Shown: positions 39,301 through 51,224 of the stretch, in pieces
How positions within the stretch are numbered: the first letter of the stretch is position 1
Layout: each line of letters begins with the position of its first letter
NCBI GenBank assembly: GCA_902630885.1
Contig: CACOWI010000007.1
Span: 6,787-70,786 of the forward strand
From: an uncultured SAR86 cluster bacterium
Lineage (GTDB): Bacteria; Pseudomonadota; Gammaproteobacteria; Magnimaribacterales; D2472
Length of the DNA stretch: 64,000 bases
Reading direction: 5' to 3'
The notes under the pieces: model-generated
The model's input: the letters and a program-made list of their open reading frames with translations, nothing else
Database searches by the model: none
What the model was told of the DNA's origin: nothing
Translations under genes and position numbers: made by a program

Positions 39301-39659
39301 TATCTAGCTATTGTTGTCCCAATATATGTAGCAGCAATAGTGATTACTACAGTAAACATTATATATGAAAGCGCATGAATTAAATTTGTATTAGCTATCA
39401 TAATGGTCTGATATGTAAGAGCGGACATAGTTGTAAAAGATCCTAAAAAACCAATGATAAAGAAGTAATATGTTGTATTTTTTTCTGGCATTGATGTTCC
39501 AATTATTAAGCCAATTAGAAAACATCCTACAATGTTTACCAAAAGAACAGAGTATGATGCGGAGTTATTTAAATACCTTTCAAGTAACTCATTAATACCG
39601 AATCTTGATACTGCTCCAAGCGCCCCGCCAAATCCAACAAAAAAAATTTTACTTATCAT
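39300..39659 (-). CDS. crcB: Fluoride channel Fluc/CrcB
   Basis: 'GGALGAVSR', 'VNIVGCFLIG', 'GFLGSFTTMS'; position next to serS. Confidence 0.85.
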   Translation of the reverse strand: MISKIFFVGFGGALGAVSRFGINELLERYLNNSASYSVLLVNIVGCFLIGLIIGTSMPEKNTTYYFFIIGFLGSFTTMSALTYQTIMIANTNLIHALSYIMFTVVITIAATYIGTTIAR

Positions 39660-40149
39660 TTTGCTTAGAAAAATTTATTAAATTATCTACATTCAAATTA
39701 TCTTTATATTTTATTTGTAATTCATCATTATTCAGAAATTCAAAATAGTAAGTTTTATCATCATCAATTAGTTTTAAATTTTTACTGTTAATTTGTTCCA
39801 AATTCAATAGCTCTTTGTCAAATCCGTTTTTAATAAAATTTAATAGATTGTTTGAAATGTCTTTATTTTCGATAAATCTTTTTTGATTAAATTCTAAGTC
39901 ATGAATTTCAACTCCATTTTTATTTATTAAATAAATTTCTTTGAATGGAGATGTAATCTCTATCTTTATGTTATTGTTTAGATCTCTATAAAAAGTTCCA
40001 TAAGATTTATCAAAACTATTATTTGCACTATTAAAACTTGTTTGAGTGAATTCTAAATTATTTTTAAAGAATCCATTTAAGAGATCTGTTGGATTTGCCG
40101 AAATAGTAAAACTTACTAGTAATAGGAAATGTATATATATAAATTTCAA
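39649..40149 (-). CDS. lolA: Outer-membrane lipoprotein chaperone LolA (short, divergent)
   Basis: Signal peptide, 'FTQ' motif, position directly after ftsK. Confidence 0.6.
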   Translation of the reverse strand: MKFIYIHFLLLVSFTISANPTDLLNGFFKNNLEFTQTSFNSANNSFDKSYGTFYRDLNNNIKIEITSPFKEIYLINKNGVEIHDLEFNQKRFIENKDISNNLLNFIKNGFDKELLNLEQINSKNLKLIDDDKTYYFEFLNNDELQIKYKDNLNVDNLINFSKQNDK

Positions 40150-40150
40150 T

Positions 40151-42451
40151 TTAATCTCTTTTAGGGACTAAAACTTCTCTTGAGCCATTTGAACTCATTT
40201 CTGACACAAGTCCTGCCTCCTCCATAGTCTCAATGAGTCTTGCTGCTCTGTTATAGCCAATTCTTAATTTTCTTTGAACAGCAGATATTGATGCTCTTCT
40301 TGATTCTATAACAAAACTTACAGCCTCATCATATAACTCATCTTGATCCTCTGAGTTACCTATATCGGTACCGGTCCATCCTGGTATTGGTCCTGTATCT
40401 TGACTAGATGAAGTTATTTCATCTACATAATTTGGTTCTGCCCTTGATTTCCAGTCATTAACAACTCTATGAACTTCATCATCTCCAACGAAGGCTCCAT
40501 GAACTCTTACGGGTACACCAACGCCTGGAGGTAAATAAAGCATATCTCCATATCCAAGCAATTGTTCTGCTCCGCCTTGATCTAAAATTGTTCTAGAATC
40601 AATTTTTGTAGAAACTTGAAAACCAATTCTTGTGGGTATGTTAGCTTTAATAAGTCCTGTTATGACATCTACCGATGGTCTCTGAGTTGCTAATATAAGG
40701 TGAATTCCTGCTGCTCTTGCTTTTTGAGCAATTCTTGCAATTAAATGTTCAACTTTTTTGCCTACCAACATCATCATATCTGCAAATTCGTCAACAACAA
40801 CAACTATAGATGGAAGTACTTCAAGATATTCATCTTCATCTTCCTTTAAAGGATTAAGGATTTGTTTTCCATTTTTCTCAGCATCTTGAATTTTTTTGTT
40901 ATATCCTGCTAAATTTCTTACTCCCATCATTGACATTAATTTATATCTTCTATCCATTTCAGCTACACACCATCTAAGGCCATTCGATGCATCTGTCATA
41001 TCAGTTATTACTGGTGTAAGGAGGTGAGGTATGCCGTCGTATACAGCTAATTCCAACATTTTTGGATCAACTAATATTAATCTCACTTCATCAGGATCAG
41101 ATTTAAATAATAAACTCAATAACATAGCATTAAGTCCAACCGACTTTCCTGATCCTGTTGTCCCTGCAACTAACAAATGTGGCATTTTCGCTAAATCTAC
41201 AACAATTGGATTACCAGAAATATCCTGACCAAGTGCAACACTAAGATTTGAGGGAGAGGATTTGAAAGCCTTAGAAGAAAGTATTTCGGTAAGCCTTACC
41301 ATCTTTCTATTATTATTTGGAATCTCGATACCAACGTATGATTTACCCTCAATGACCTCAACAACTCTGACGCTACTAACGGATAGTGATCTTGCGATAT
41401 CTTGAGCTATATTTGTAATTTTGCTTGCTTTTGTTCCTGGAGCTGGTTGAATTTCGAATCGAGTTACTACTGGACCAGGTAAAACTGATTCAACGGTGGC
41501 TTCAATACCAAATTCTTCAAGTTTAGCCTCAAGAAGTTCTGCAATTTGATTTAATTCGCTCTCGGTTAAGGAGCTGCCGTCATCTAGAGCTCTGTCAAGC
41601 AGTTCAGTGCTTGGCATAATAGCTTTTTCTTTTGTATCTTCTTTATCGTTATCTATATTTACTTTTGGTACTTCTTTTAATGGTGATTCATTGTTAATGG
41701 GCAAATCACCTTGTTTAAGATCTTGTTTAGTATCCTCAGTATGTTTTTCTTTTATTTGGGGTTCTTTTGAAATTTTAGGCTTTGATGAGGGCTTAACTTT
41801 ATTATCATTTCCAATTTGCATTGTGGTAACAATTTTTTTTACTTTTACAAAAAAAAGAGTTGCTAAATTTTTTAGACTTTGTGTAAATTTTAATGAAAGT
41901 TGAAGGCTAAATTTACCAGAGATGATTAATAGCTCTCCTGTCTTATCAAGAGTTTTTAACCAAGAAAAATTAAAAGCTAATGAGGTTGCAGGTATTAACA
42001 ATATAACAAGAAAAATCAATGATCCTATGTCACCTATCGAGGAGGACAATGTGGTAATTATTTCTTTACCAATTAAACCTCCAAAGCTATCAAGAAAATA
42101 AAAATATCCAATTGAACAAAAACAAATTAATAAAAGTATTGAGCTAAGCAGTCTTACTATGGATTTGTTAAAAGAAGAGTATGGGTCCTCATAAAATAAT
42201 ATTTCAATAGCCCAAACACTACCAATAAGAAGAACTAAATATCCACCGAAACCAAATATTACGAATAAAAAATCTGATATTTTAGCTCCAAGTGGACCAC
42301 CCAAATTATTTATTGTTTCATTTGAATTTTTATTAAAAAATCCAGAGTCAGAAATGTCATAAGAGACAAGTGAAATAAATATATATAATGAAAATGCAAT
42401 CAGAAAAAAGCTTAAAAAATTTGAAAGAGTATTTTTTATATATGGAGGCAT
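40151..42451 (-). CDS. ftsK: DNA translocase FtsK
   Basis: N-terminal TMs; '[14 protein letters not shown]', 'DEFADMM', 'ATQRPSVDV'; gamma domain '[13 protein letters not shown]'. Confidence 0.97.
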   Translation of the reverse strand: MPPYIKNTLSNFLSFFLIAFSLYIFISLVSYDISDSGFFNKNSNETINNLGGPLGAKISDFLFVIFGFGGYLVLLIGSVWAIEILFYEDPYSSFNKSIVRLLSSILLLICFCSIGYFYFLDSFGGLIGKEIITTLSSSIGDIGSLIFLVILLIPATSLAFNFSWLKTLDKTGELLIISGKFSLQLSLKFTQSLKNLATLFFVKVKKIVTTMQIGNDNKVKPSSKPKISKEPQIKEKHTEDTKQDLKQGDLPINNESPLKEVPKVNIDNDKEDTKEKAIMPSTELLDRALDDGSSLTESELNQIAELLEAKLEEFGIEATVESVLPGPVVTRFEIQPAPGTKASKITNIAQDIARSLSVSSVRVVEVIEGKSYVGIEIPNNNRKMVRLTEILSSKAFKSSPSNLSVALGQDISGNPIVVDLAKMPHLLVAGTTGSGKSVGLNAMLLSLLFKSDPDEVRLILVDPKMLELAVYDGIPHLLTPVITDMTDASNGLRWCVAEMDRRYKLMSMMGVRNLAGYNKKIQDAEKNGKQILNPLKEDEDEYLEVLPSIVVVVDEFADMMMLVGKKVEHLIARIAQKARAAGIHLILATQRPSVDVITGLIKANIPTRIGFQVSTKIDSRTILDQGGAEQLLGYGDMLYLPPGVGVPVRVHGAFVGDDEVHRVVNDWKSRAEPNYVDEITSSSQDTGPIPGWTGTDIGNSEDQDELYDEAVSFVIESRRASISAVQRKLRIGYNRAARLIETMEEAGLVSEMSSNGSREVLVPKRD

Positions 42452-42489
42452 TTAAGTGTATCTAATTATTAGTCTAATTATAGGCATAA

Positions 42490-43467
<978 letters not shown>

Positions 43468-43468
43468 T

Positions 43469-44452
43469 ATGAAATTTAAAGGCTATCTTGTTAGAGAAAA
43501 AGATGGAGTTTTTAGTGGTTCAATAGAAGATATTGATTCGCCAAAACTTGAAGAAGGACGAGTATTAATTAAGGTACATTATTCATCTTTGAATTATAAA
43601 GATGCGCTGGCTGCGTCAGGAGCAAAAGGTGTAGCATCATCGTATCCGTTTGTACCTGGGATAGATATTGCTGGAGAAATAATTGAATCATCTACTTCAG
43701 ATTTTTCTAATGGCGACAAAGTTATTGCAACTGGATATAAAATTGGAATGTCAGAATTTGGAGGTTTTGGAGAAATTGTTCATCTTCCAAGCGAATGGGT
43801 AATTAAAATGCCATCAAATTTAGATTATATAAAATCAATGTCTTATGGAACTGCTGGTATCACAGCAGCAGCTTGTATAAAAAAAATTGTTGATGGTGGT
43901 TGTTCAAATAAACTTCCAGCTCTTGTATCTGGTTCGACTGGTGGTGTTGGATCTATAGCGGTAGGTATTCTTGCAAAAATTGGATATGAAGTTCATGCAA
44001 TTTCGGGAAAATCCTCACAAGTTGATACTCTTAAAATGATGGGAGCTAATGAAATATTAGATAGAAATGAATATATGTCAGATCCTATTAAGCCCATGGA
44101 TAAAGCTCAATACTCTGCAGCGGTAGATACTGTTGGTGGTGATGTTTTATCTAAAATGCTAACTATGATTGCAAACCATGGTGTTGTTTCATGCTGTGGA
44201 AATGTTGCTGGACCAAAATTCTCTTCATCTGTATTTCCTTTTATATTGAGAGGAATTCAGTTATGTGGAATTGATTCGGCAGAATCGTCTTTAGAACTAA
44301 AAAAAGAATTATGGGAGTTATTATCGAACAAATGGTCTTTAGATCTTTCAAATCAAACAAAGATTGTTAAAATTTCTGAAGTTGGGAAAGAGATTGATAA
44401 AATTCTCAAAGGTGATCAAATTGGCAGAGTGGTTATAAAACATGGAGATTAA
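43469..44452 (+). CDS. YhdH/AcuI-family quinone oxidoreductase (acrylyl-CoA reductase-like)
   Basis: 'YSSLNYKD', 'GTAG.TA', 'GSTGGVGS', 'PFILRG..LCGIDS'. Start moved to ATG 43469. Confidence 0.88.
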   Translation: MKFKGYLVREKDGVFSGSIEDIDSPKLEEGRVLIKVHYSSLNYKDALAASGAKGVASSYPFVPGIDIAGEIIESSTSDFSNGDKVIATGYKIGMSEFGGFGEIVHLPSEWVIKMPSNLDYIKSMSYGTAGITAAACIKKIVDGGCSNKLPALVSGSTGGVGSIAVGILAKIGYEVHAISGKSSQVDTLKMMGANEILDRNEYMSDPIKPMDKAQYSAAVDTVGGDVLSKMLTMIANHGVVSCCGNVAGPKFSSSVFPFILRGIQLCGIDSAESSLELKKELWELLSNKWSLDLSNQTKIVKISEVGKEIDKILKGDQIGRVVIKHGD

Positions 44453-44454
44453 AT

Positions 44455-44586
44455 ATGAAAGATGATTACGAAGACTTTTATGAGTCAGAAGAAGCAAATC
44501 TAGATAGTAAAAGCGATGCTAAGGTTATTTTCTTTCTTATTATTGTTGCTGTTATTGCAGTGACTTATTGGGTGGCAGCTCAATAA
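44455..44586 (+). CDS. Small protein with acidic N-terminus and C-terminal TM (43 aa; not in ORF track)
   Basis: GGAG RBS; MKDDYEDFYESEEANLDSKSDAKVIFFLIIVAVIAVTYWVAAQ; fills the gap exactly. Confidence 0.7.
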   Translation: MKDDYEDFYESEEANLDSKSDAKVIFFLIIVAVIAVTYWVAAQ

Positions 44587-44587
44587 A

Positions 44588-45358
44588 CTATCTTGGCTTC
44601 ATCCTCATACCTGAGTCCAATCTAATTGTCTCACCATTAAGGTAGGTATTTTCAACAATATGAACTGCTAAATCTGCAAATTCATTAGGTTGCCCAAATC
44701 TGTGAGGAAATTGAGTGGATTCTAATAGTGGATCTCTCACTTTATCGGGAGCCAATTGCATAAGAGGTGTATCAAAAATTCCTGGCGCAATAGTACACAC
44801 TCTAATAGAGTGTCTTGCCAAGTCTCTTGCAGCAGTTATAGTTAATCCAATTACACCAGCTTTTGATGCACTGTATGCTGATTGTCCAATTTGACCCTCT
44901 ATACCAGCAATAGATGCTGTATTAATGATTACGCCCTTTTCACCCTTATCATCTGGATCATTTTTATCCATTAATTCTGCGGCTATTCTCATTACATTAA
45001 AAGTACCAACAAGATTTAAATTAACTATAAATTGGAAAGCGTCCAAGGGATGTGGCGCCTCTTTTCCTAGTATTCTTCCAGGGTATCCAGTACCAGCACA
45101 ATTAACGGCAATATGAAGACCTCCAAAATTTTCTTTTATTTTATTTACTGCCTCAACTACAGGATCTTCTTTCATGATATCAGTGGAGATAAACATAACT
45201 TTATCCTCACCTAAAGTTTTTATTATCTCTGAGGCCTTTTCTTCATTTATATCTAATATTACTGCTTTTGCACCTTTGTCTACATAAGCCTCAACGGTTG
45301 CTTGACCCAATCCAGATGCCCCACCTGTTACTAACGCTACTTTATTATTAAGATCCAT
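44588..45358 (-). CDS. SDR, 3-hydroxyacyl-CoA dehydrogenase type II (HSD10-like)
   Basis: TGGASGLG, 'NTASIA..EGQIGQSAYSASK', 'NGETIRLD'. Confidence 0.9.
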   Translation of the reverse strand: MDLNNKVALVTGGASGLGQATVEAYVDKGAKAVILDINEEKASEIIKTLGEDKVMFISTDIMKEDPVVEAVNKIKENFGGLHIAVNCAGTGYPGRILGKEAPHPLDAFQFIVNLNLVGTFNVMRIAAELMDKNDPDDKGEKGVIINTASIAGIEGQIGQSAYSASKAGVIGLTITAARDLARHSIRVCTIAPGIFDTPLMQLAPDKVRDPLLESTQFPHRFGQPNEFADLAVHIVENTYLNGETIRLDSGMRMKPR

Positions 45359-45421
45359 GTGTTCTCCTAAAATTACATCAAAATTATAACTTTTTTTTTA
45401 TAAAAAATAATAATTCTATTA

Positions 45422-45438
45422 TTGGCACATAAATTGCA
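45422..45438 (+). promoter_or_regulatory. Sigma-54 (-24/-12) promoter of porin-glnK-amt operon
   Basis: TTGGCACATAAATTGCA matches TGGCAC-N5-TTGCA. Confidence 0.85.
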
Positions 45439-45473
45439 TAAGTATTAGTAAGTATATTTAAAAGGAGATTTAA

Positions 45474-46408
<935 letters not shown>

Positions 46409-46421
46409 ATAAGGAGAAAAT

Positions 46422-47684
46422 ATGGAAGAAATTAAATTTGCATTAGATACATTTTATGCCGTTATTGCAGGTGCATTAGTTATGTGGATGGCGGCAGGAT
46501 TTACTATGCTTGAAGCTGGTCTAGTTCAAAAGAAAGATGTATCTGAAATTGTTACTAAAAACCTAGGGTTATATTCAATAGCATGTATTATGTACTTGAT
46601 TTGCGGGTTTGCCCTTATGTATTCAGGTAGCAGTTCGTTTTTTGGACTATTTCCTGGCATTGATACCTCATGGGGTCTATCAACTTCTACTGAAGCAGAT
46701 CCTATTATGTATGGAGCAGAAGGCTCAATATCAGATGGTGATTTTGTTGGTTACTATTCTCATCAAGCTGACTTCTTTTTCCAAGTAGTTTTTGTTGCTA
46801 CTGCGATGTCAATTGTTTCAGGAGCAGTTGCTGGAAGAATGAGATTACTGCCTTTCTTTTTATTTGCTGTTGTATTAACTGGTTTTATTTATCCTACTCA
46901 AGGTTTTTGGAACTGGGGTGGTGGATTTGAAGGAATGGGTATTTCATATTCCGACTATGCTGGTTCAGGTACTGTACACTTATGTGGTGCCGCAGCTGCT
47001 TTAGCTGTAGTAACCGTCTTAGGACCTAGAAAAGGTAAATACAATTATGATGGTTCTGTTAACCCAATGCCTGGATCAAACATACCGATGGCTGCACTTG
47101 GTGCATGGATCTTATGGTTGGGTTGGTTCGGATTTAATGGTGGTTCAGAATTAAAAGTTTCTGAAGTTAGTAGTGCTACTGCAGTAAGCCAAGTATTTTT
47201 AAATACAAATATGGCTGCAGCTGGAGGTGTTGTAGCAGCTTTGTTACTAAGTCTTGGTTTAACTGGCAAAATGGATGTAACTATGGCTATCAATGGCGCT
47301 ATTGCAGGTTTAGTTTCAATTACTGCTGATCCTCTAAGTCCAAGTGGCGGAACATCCGTTATCGTCGGAGCGATTGGAGGAATAATAGTTTACTTCTCTA
47401 TTTTATTTTTAGAGAAAAGAGGAATCGATGACCCTGTAGGCGCTATATCTGCTCACGGTGTTGTGGGTATTTATGGTGTTCTTGTAGTAAGTTTAACTGG
47501 TGGAGCTGATTTCCTTGGCCAACTTACTGGTGTTGTTATGATTGCTGCATTTACATATGTTGCTAGCTACGGTGTAGTTAAGTTAATTGATAGGATTATG
47601 CCAATTAGAGCAACTGATGAAGAACAAGATCTAGGTCTAGATGTTACAGAGATAGGCATAGAAGCTTATCCAGAGTTTAAATAA
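46422..47684 (+). CDS. amtB: Ammonium transporter (Amt), paralog 1
   Basis: 'DYAGSGTVH', 'LWLGWFGFNGGS', 'DDPVGAISAHG' (twin His). Confidence 0.93.
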   Translation: MEEIKFALDTFYAVIAGALVMWMAAGFTMLEAGLVQKKDVSEIVTKNLGLYSIACIMYLICGFALMYSGSSSFFGLFPGIDTSWGLSTSTEADPIMYGAEGSISDGDFVGYYSHQADFFFQVVFVATAMSIVSGAVAGRMRLLPFFLFAVVLTGFIYPTQGFWNWGGGFEGMGISYSDYAGSGTVHLCGAAAALAVVTVLGPRKGKYNYDGSVNPMPGSNIPMAALGAWILWLGWFGFNGGSELKVSEVSSATAVSQVFLNTNMAAAGGVVAALLLSLGLTGKMDVTMAINGAIAGLVSITADPLSPSGGTSVIVGAIGGIIVYFSILFLEKRGIDDPVGAISAHGVVGIYGVLVVSLTGGADFLGQLTGVVMIAAFTYVASYGVVKLIDRIMPIRATDEEQDLGLDVTEIGIEAYPEFK

Positions 47685-47744
47685 TTTAATTGTAATGACG
47701 TTCATAGTGCTCCCCCAATAACTAAGTCATAACATTAAATTTTT

Positions 47745-47781
47745 AGAGAAGGGTTACAAAAGTAGCTCTTCTCTTTTTTTT
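47745..47781 (+). terminator. Rho-independent terminator of glnK-amt operon
   Basis: 13-bp stem AGAGAAGGGTTAC/GTAGCTCTTCTCT (two G-U pairs) plus T run. Confidence 0.85.
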
Positions 47782-47797
47782 GCACAAATATCGTGCA
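47781..47797. promoter_or_regulatory. NtrC-type binding site
   Basis: TGCAC-AAATATC-GTGCA (TGCAC-N7-GTGCA). Confidence 0.7.
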
Positions 47798-47813
47798 AAT
47801 AACTATTTTTATA

Positions 47814-47830
47814 TTGGCATAGATATTGCA
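47814..47830 (+). promoter_or_regulatory. Sigma-54 promoter of second amt
   Basis: TTGGCATAGATATTGCA, GG-N10-GC. Confidence 0.8.
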
Positions 47831-47858
47831 TGTATTTATATATATTTTGGGAGCATTT

Positions 47859-49139
47859 ATGAGACCTTTTTTGTTATCACTATCATTTGCATTTTTTTCA
47901 TTTAATTTATCTGCTGACAATTTAAATTCGGGTGACACATCCTGGATATTAACCTCAACGGCTCTAGTTTTGTTTATGACATTGCCTGGATTGGCACTTT
48001 TCTATGGTGGCTTAGTAAGATCAAAAAATGTTCTTTCTGTGCTAATGCAGTGTTTTTCTATTGCATGTTTGATATCAGTTTGTTGGGTCGTTTACGGATA
48101 TAGCTTGGCATTTAAAGGTGATGGAGCCTTTATTGGTAATTTAAGTGCCATTTTCTTAAATGGAGTTGAAAGAGATTCTATGAGTGGATCTTTGCCTGAA
48201 TCTGTATTTGTTACATTTCAAATGACTTTTGCAATTATCACACCAGCACTTGTGGTTGGAGCATTTGCAGAAAGAATGAAATTTTCTGCAATGTGTATTT
48301 TTTCAGTTGTATGGTTCACCCTTGTTTATCTTCCAGCTTGCCATATGGTTTGGGGAGGTGGTTATTTAGGCAATAAAGGAGTAATTGACTTTGCAGGTGG
48401 TCTTGTAGTTCACGCTACTTGTGGACTTGGAGCATTAGTTGCAGCAATCTACTTAGGAAAAAGAAAAGGATTTAATGTTTCCCCTCTTCCTCCTCATAAC
48501 AGAACAATGGTAATGATAGGTGCCTCAATGCTATGGGTTGGATGGTTTGGATTTAATGCAGGAAGTGCTGTTGCAGCAGATGGATCAGCTGGCATGGCTA
48601 TGCTTGTTACTCACATCAGTGCTGCTGTAGGAGCCTTAACATGGATGGGAATTGAATGGATAAAGTCAGGTAAAGCCACTATCGTAGGTATTTCAACTGG
48701 TATGGTTGCTGGGTTAGCAACTATCACGCCTGCCTCAGGAACAGTAGGTCCTGCTGGAGCTTTATTGATTGGGTTATTGGCAGGATCTGTATGTTTCTAT
48801 GCAACGCAAATGGTCAAATCATATTATGAGATTGATGACTCTCTAGATGTATTCCCTGTTCATGGTGTTGGAGGTATGCTTGGTATAGTTATGCTTGCAA
48901 TAGTAGGAAATCCTGACGGATTTTTAGGTTCTGGAGCTGCGGGTATATCTGAAGATGGTGCATTTGCTCAATTACTCCTTCAGTTAGAAGGAATATTTGT
49001 TATAGGACTTTGGACTATTATCGCAACCTATATCATTCTTAGATCTATAAATATGTTTACAACAATTAGGGTGTCTAATGAGGCAGAAGAAGAAGGATTA
49101 GATATTAATGAACATAATGAGCATGGTTACAGCCTATAA
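47859..49139 (+). CDS. amtB: Ammonium transporter (Amt), paralog 2, enterobacterial AmtB-like with leader peptide
   Basis: 'PGLALFYGG', 'FQMTFAIIT', 'DFAGGLVVH', 'DDSLDVFPVHG'; GGGAG RBS before ATG 47859. Confidence 0.93.
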   Translation: MRPFLLSLSFAFFSFNLSADNLNSGDTSWILTSTALVLFMTLPGLALFYGGLVRSKNVLSVLMQCFSIACLISVCWVVYGYSLAFKGDGAFIGNLSAIFLNGVERDSMSGSLPESVFVTFQMTFAIITPALVVGAFAERMKFSAMCIFSVVWFTLVYLPACHMVWGGGYLGNKGVIDFAGGLVVHATCGLGALVAAIYLGKRKGFNVSPLPPHNRTMVMIGASMLWVGWFGFNAGSAVAADGSAGMAMLVTHISAAVGALTWMGIEWIKSGKATIVGISTGMVAGLATITPASGTVGPAGALLIGLLAGSVCFYATQMVKSYYEIDDSLDVFPVHGVGGMLGIVMLAIVGNPDGFLGSGAAGISEDGAFAQLLLQLEGIFVIGLWTIIATYIILRSINMFTTIRVSNEAEEEGLDINEHNEHGYSL

Positions 49140-50243
49140 AACAGAATTAGAATATTGATTCAGTAAATAAGGTCTCATATCTTCTGGTATTAGATTCATT
49201 CTTCCTTGAAGGTAATCTATTGCTTCATTAATTTCTTCAGGTGGGTATTCAGCTCCATGATTTAGTTTTCCTTGTATTACTGCAGCTGCATGATTGGTAG
49301 GATGCAAAGTATATGATTGTTTTATAGCATGAGTAATTTGATCAGAACATTCTTCATATGAATTATTGTTGAAGTGCATAACCTCACCAATGTTTAAATT
49401 TACATTTCCTTTATATCCATTTATTCCTTGAAATATACTTTCCATATCCTCTTTTCTTTCCTTTATATATTTTTGGTTGAGATCTGTTAAGTACATCTCT
49501 TTTGCTTTAAGAAGATCGTTAGGATCTTTTTCATAAGATATTGAGACTGGAATCACATTTAAACTATTAAGGTAATCATTAATAGGTAATTTCTTTCTTG
49601 CATTTAAATGTATCATTTTAATAACGGATGGATCTGTATAATCGTTACCGTCTTTAGATCTTCCTTGTTTTTGCGCAATCCAAATAGACTCATTTTTATT
49701 GATTATCGAATTGAATATAAACTCTGATGCTAAATTTAAGCTTTTATAAATATCTCTTTTTGATTTATCGCTTCTATCAATAATAAAACTTTTATTTAAC
49801 CGCATTAGATCAGAGGCCCACTTCTCGCTTAATAGATTATTTCCAACTGCGTTATAAGTCGTCTTATATTTATTTTGATGTAAGGCTAAATTAAGCAATG
49901 CAGAATCCAGAGTTATATCTCTATGATTTGCTATAAAAAGATATCCTTTTTTTGAGTCTAGGTTTTCGATGCCTGATACTGAAAATTTTTTGATTGAATT
50001 GTTAATCACTTCAGAGACAACTGCTTCAAAAGCATTTTGATACTCATTTACACTTTTTATGTTTTTTATTCTAGACTTAATAACTAAGCTAAGAATCTTT
50101 CTAGAAAAAGGTAAATACCTGATTTTATTGAATCTACCTGTAGAAAATAACATTTTTAAAAATCTTCTATTATTGGATAGATTTATCAAAACTTGATGAA
50201 CTTCATCATCATGATATGGCCTTATGGAATCAAATTTTTTCAC
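49134..50243 (-). CDS. Glycerolipid acyltransferase (PlsC/PlsB-like)
   Basis: HxxxxD motif 'ANHRDITLD', 'WIAQKQGRSKDG', 'IPVSISYE'. Confidence 0.85.
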   Translation of the reverse strand: MKKFDSIRPYHDDEVHQVLINLSNNRRFLKMLFSTGRFNKIRYLPFSRKILSLVIKSRIKNIKSVNEYQNAFEAVVSEVINNSIKKFSVSGIENLDSKKGYLFIANHRDITLDSALLNLALHQNKYKTTYNAVGNNLLSEKWASDLMRLNKSFIIDRSDKSKRDIYKSLNLASEFIFNSIINKNESIWIAQKQGRSKDGNDYTDPSVIKMIHLNARKKLPINDYLNSLNVIPVSISYEKDPNDLLKAKEMYLTDLNQKYIKERKEDMESIFQGINGYKGNVNLNIGEVMHFNNNSYEECSDQITHAIKQSYTLHPTNHAAAVIQGKLNHGAEYPPEEINEAIDYLQGRMNLIPEDMRPYLLNQYSNSVL

Positions 50244-50307
50244 AGAAATATTTAACTTCTTATTTAAGAGATATATTTTACAATATTAACGTATACAATA
50301 TCGATCA

Positions 50308-51042
50308 ATGAAAACTTATCTAGAATATGATGGTCTTGAAGTATTGGCCCACAGAGGAGGAGCTGAAGAAGCAGCAGAAAATACTCTTGAATCATTTGAA
50401 TACTCAATATCTTTAGGTTGCAAATTCATTGAAACCGATGTGCAAGTATCATCTGATGGAGTTCCATATATTTTTCACGATAATGATCTTAAAAGGATCT
50501 GCGATATATCTGCCAAATTTGATAGCCTATCCAGTAAAGAAATTGATAATTTAAGAATATTTGGTGATTATAAGATTCCTAAATTAATCGATGCTTTATA
50601 TTCATTCCCCTCAACTTCATTCCAAATAGACTTTAAAACAGATGAGGTTGTAAATCCTGCATTAGAAGTAATTTCAAAATCAAATGCTTCAGAAAGAGTC
50701 TGTGTAGCAAGCTTCAATAGCGATAGATTAAATAATGTAAGATCAACTCATCCAAATTTGTGCATATCAATGGGTCCAAAAGAGGTTGCAAAAATACTGC
50801 TATCAAGTTTTGGTATATATAGAGGAACTGTGCCCGGTGACTGTCTTCAAATTCCTATATCGTATTATGGTGTTCGGATTGTTACAAAGAGGTTTGTTAA
50901 CTACCTCAAATCAAAAGAACTTAAAATTATGGTTTGGACAATTAATGATGTTAAAACGTTCAAATATTTAATCGATCTTGAAGTTGATGGAATAATAACT
51001 GATAGGCCAAAGCTTCTATTTGAAACACTCAAAAAATCTTAA
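50308..51042 (+). CDS. Glycerophosphodiester phosphodiesterase
   Basis: 'AHRGG', 'ENT', 'ETDV', 'FHD', 'VWTIND', 'IITDRP'. Confidence 0.9.
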   Translation: MKTYLEYDGLEVLAHRGGAEEAAENTLESFEYSISLGCKFIETDVQVSSDGVPYIFHDNDLKRICDISAKFDSLSSKEIDNLRIFGDYKIPKLIDALYSFPSTSFQIDFKTDEVVNPALEVISKSNASERVCVASFNSDRLNNVRSTHPNLCISMGPKEVAKILLSSFGIYRGTVPGDCLQIPISYYGVRIVTKRFVNYLKSKELKIMVWTINDVKTFKYLIDLEVDGIITDRPKLLFETLKKS

Positions 51043-51224
51043 AGATATTTTTTTATAAATCTGGTAATAACAGCATACATAGGAATAATTATTGCAGTTG
51101 TAATTAATAATTCTATGGTATTTGAATAATCAAGCATGCTTCTTATAAAAGGCGCTATCACAAATGCTGTTATAGCTCCTAAAATACTATAAAAAATAAT
51201 AGACTTTGCGCTAAATAGTTTCAT
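51039..51224 (-). CDS. Small 2-TM hypothetical protein (61 aa)
   Basis: MKLFSAKSIIFY...; two hydrophobic helices; overlaps the end of the MFS gene. Confidence 0.6.
   Translation of the reverse strand: MKLFSAKSIIFYSILGAITAFVIAPFIRSMLDYSNTIELLITTAIIIPMYAVITRFIKKYL

Noticed and set aside
45265-45290. NtrC enhancer for the glnK operon inside the SDR gene
   Set aside because: Only a TGCACC half-site is present, with no matching GTGCA arm at the right spacing.
47685-47745. Glutamine (glnA / Downstream-peptide) riboswitch
   Set aside because: It contains CGTTCA but lacks the conserved GGAAGT/GAAG...AACG core, and it lies 3' of a gene ahead of a terminator.
47735-47938. 67-aa minus-strand ORF across the amt intergenic region
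   Set aside because: It overlaps the terminator, NtrC box, sigma-54 promoter and amt2 start, which already explain the sequence.
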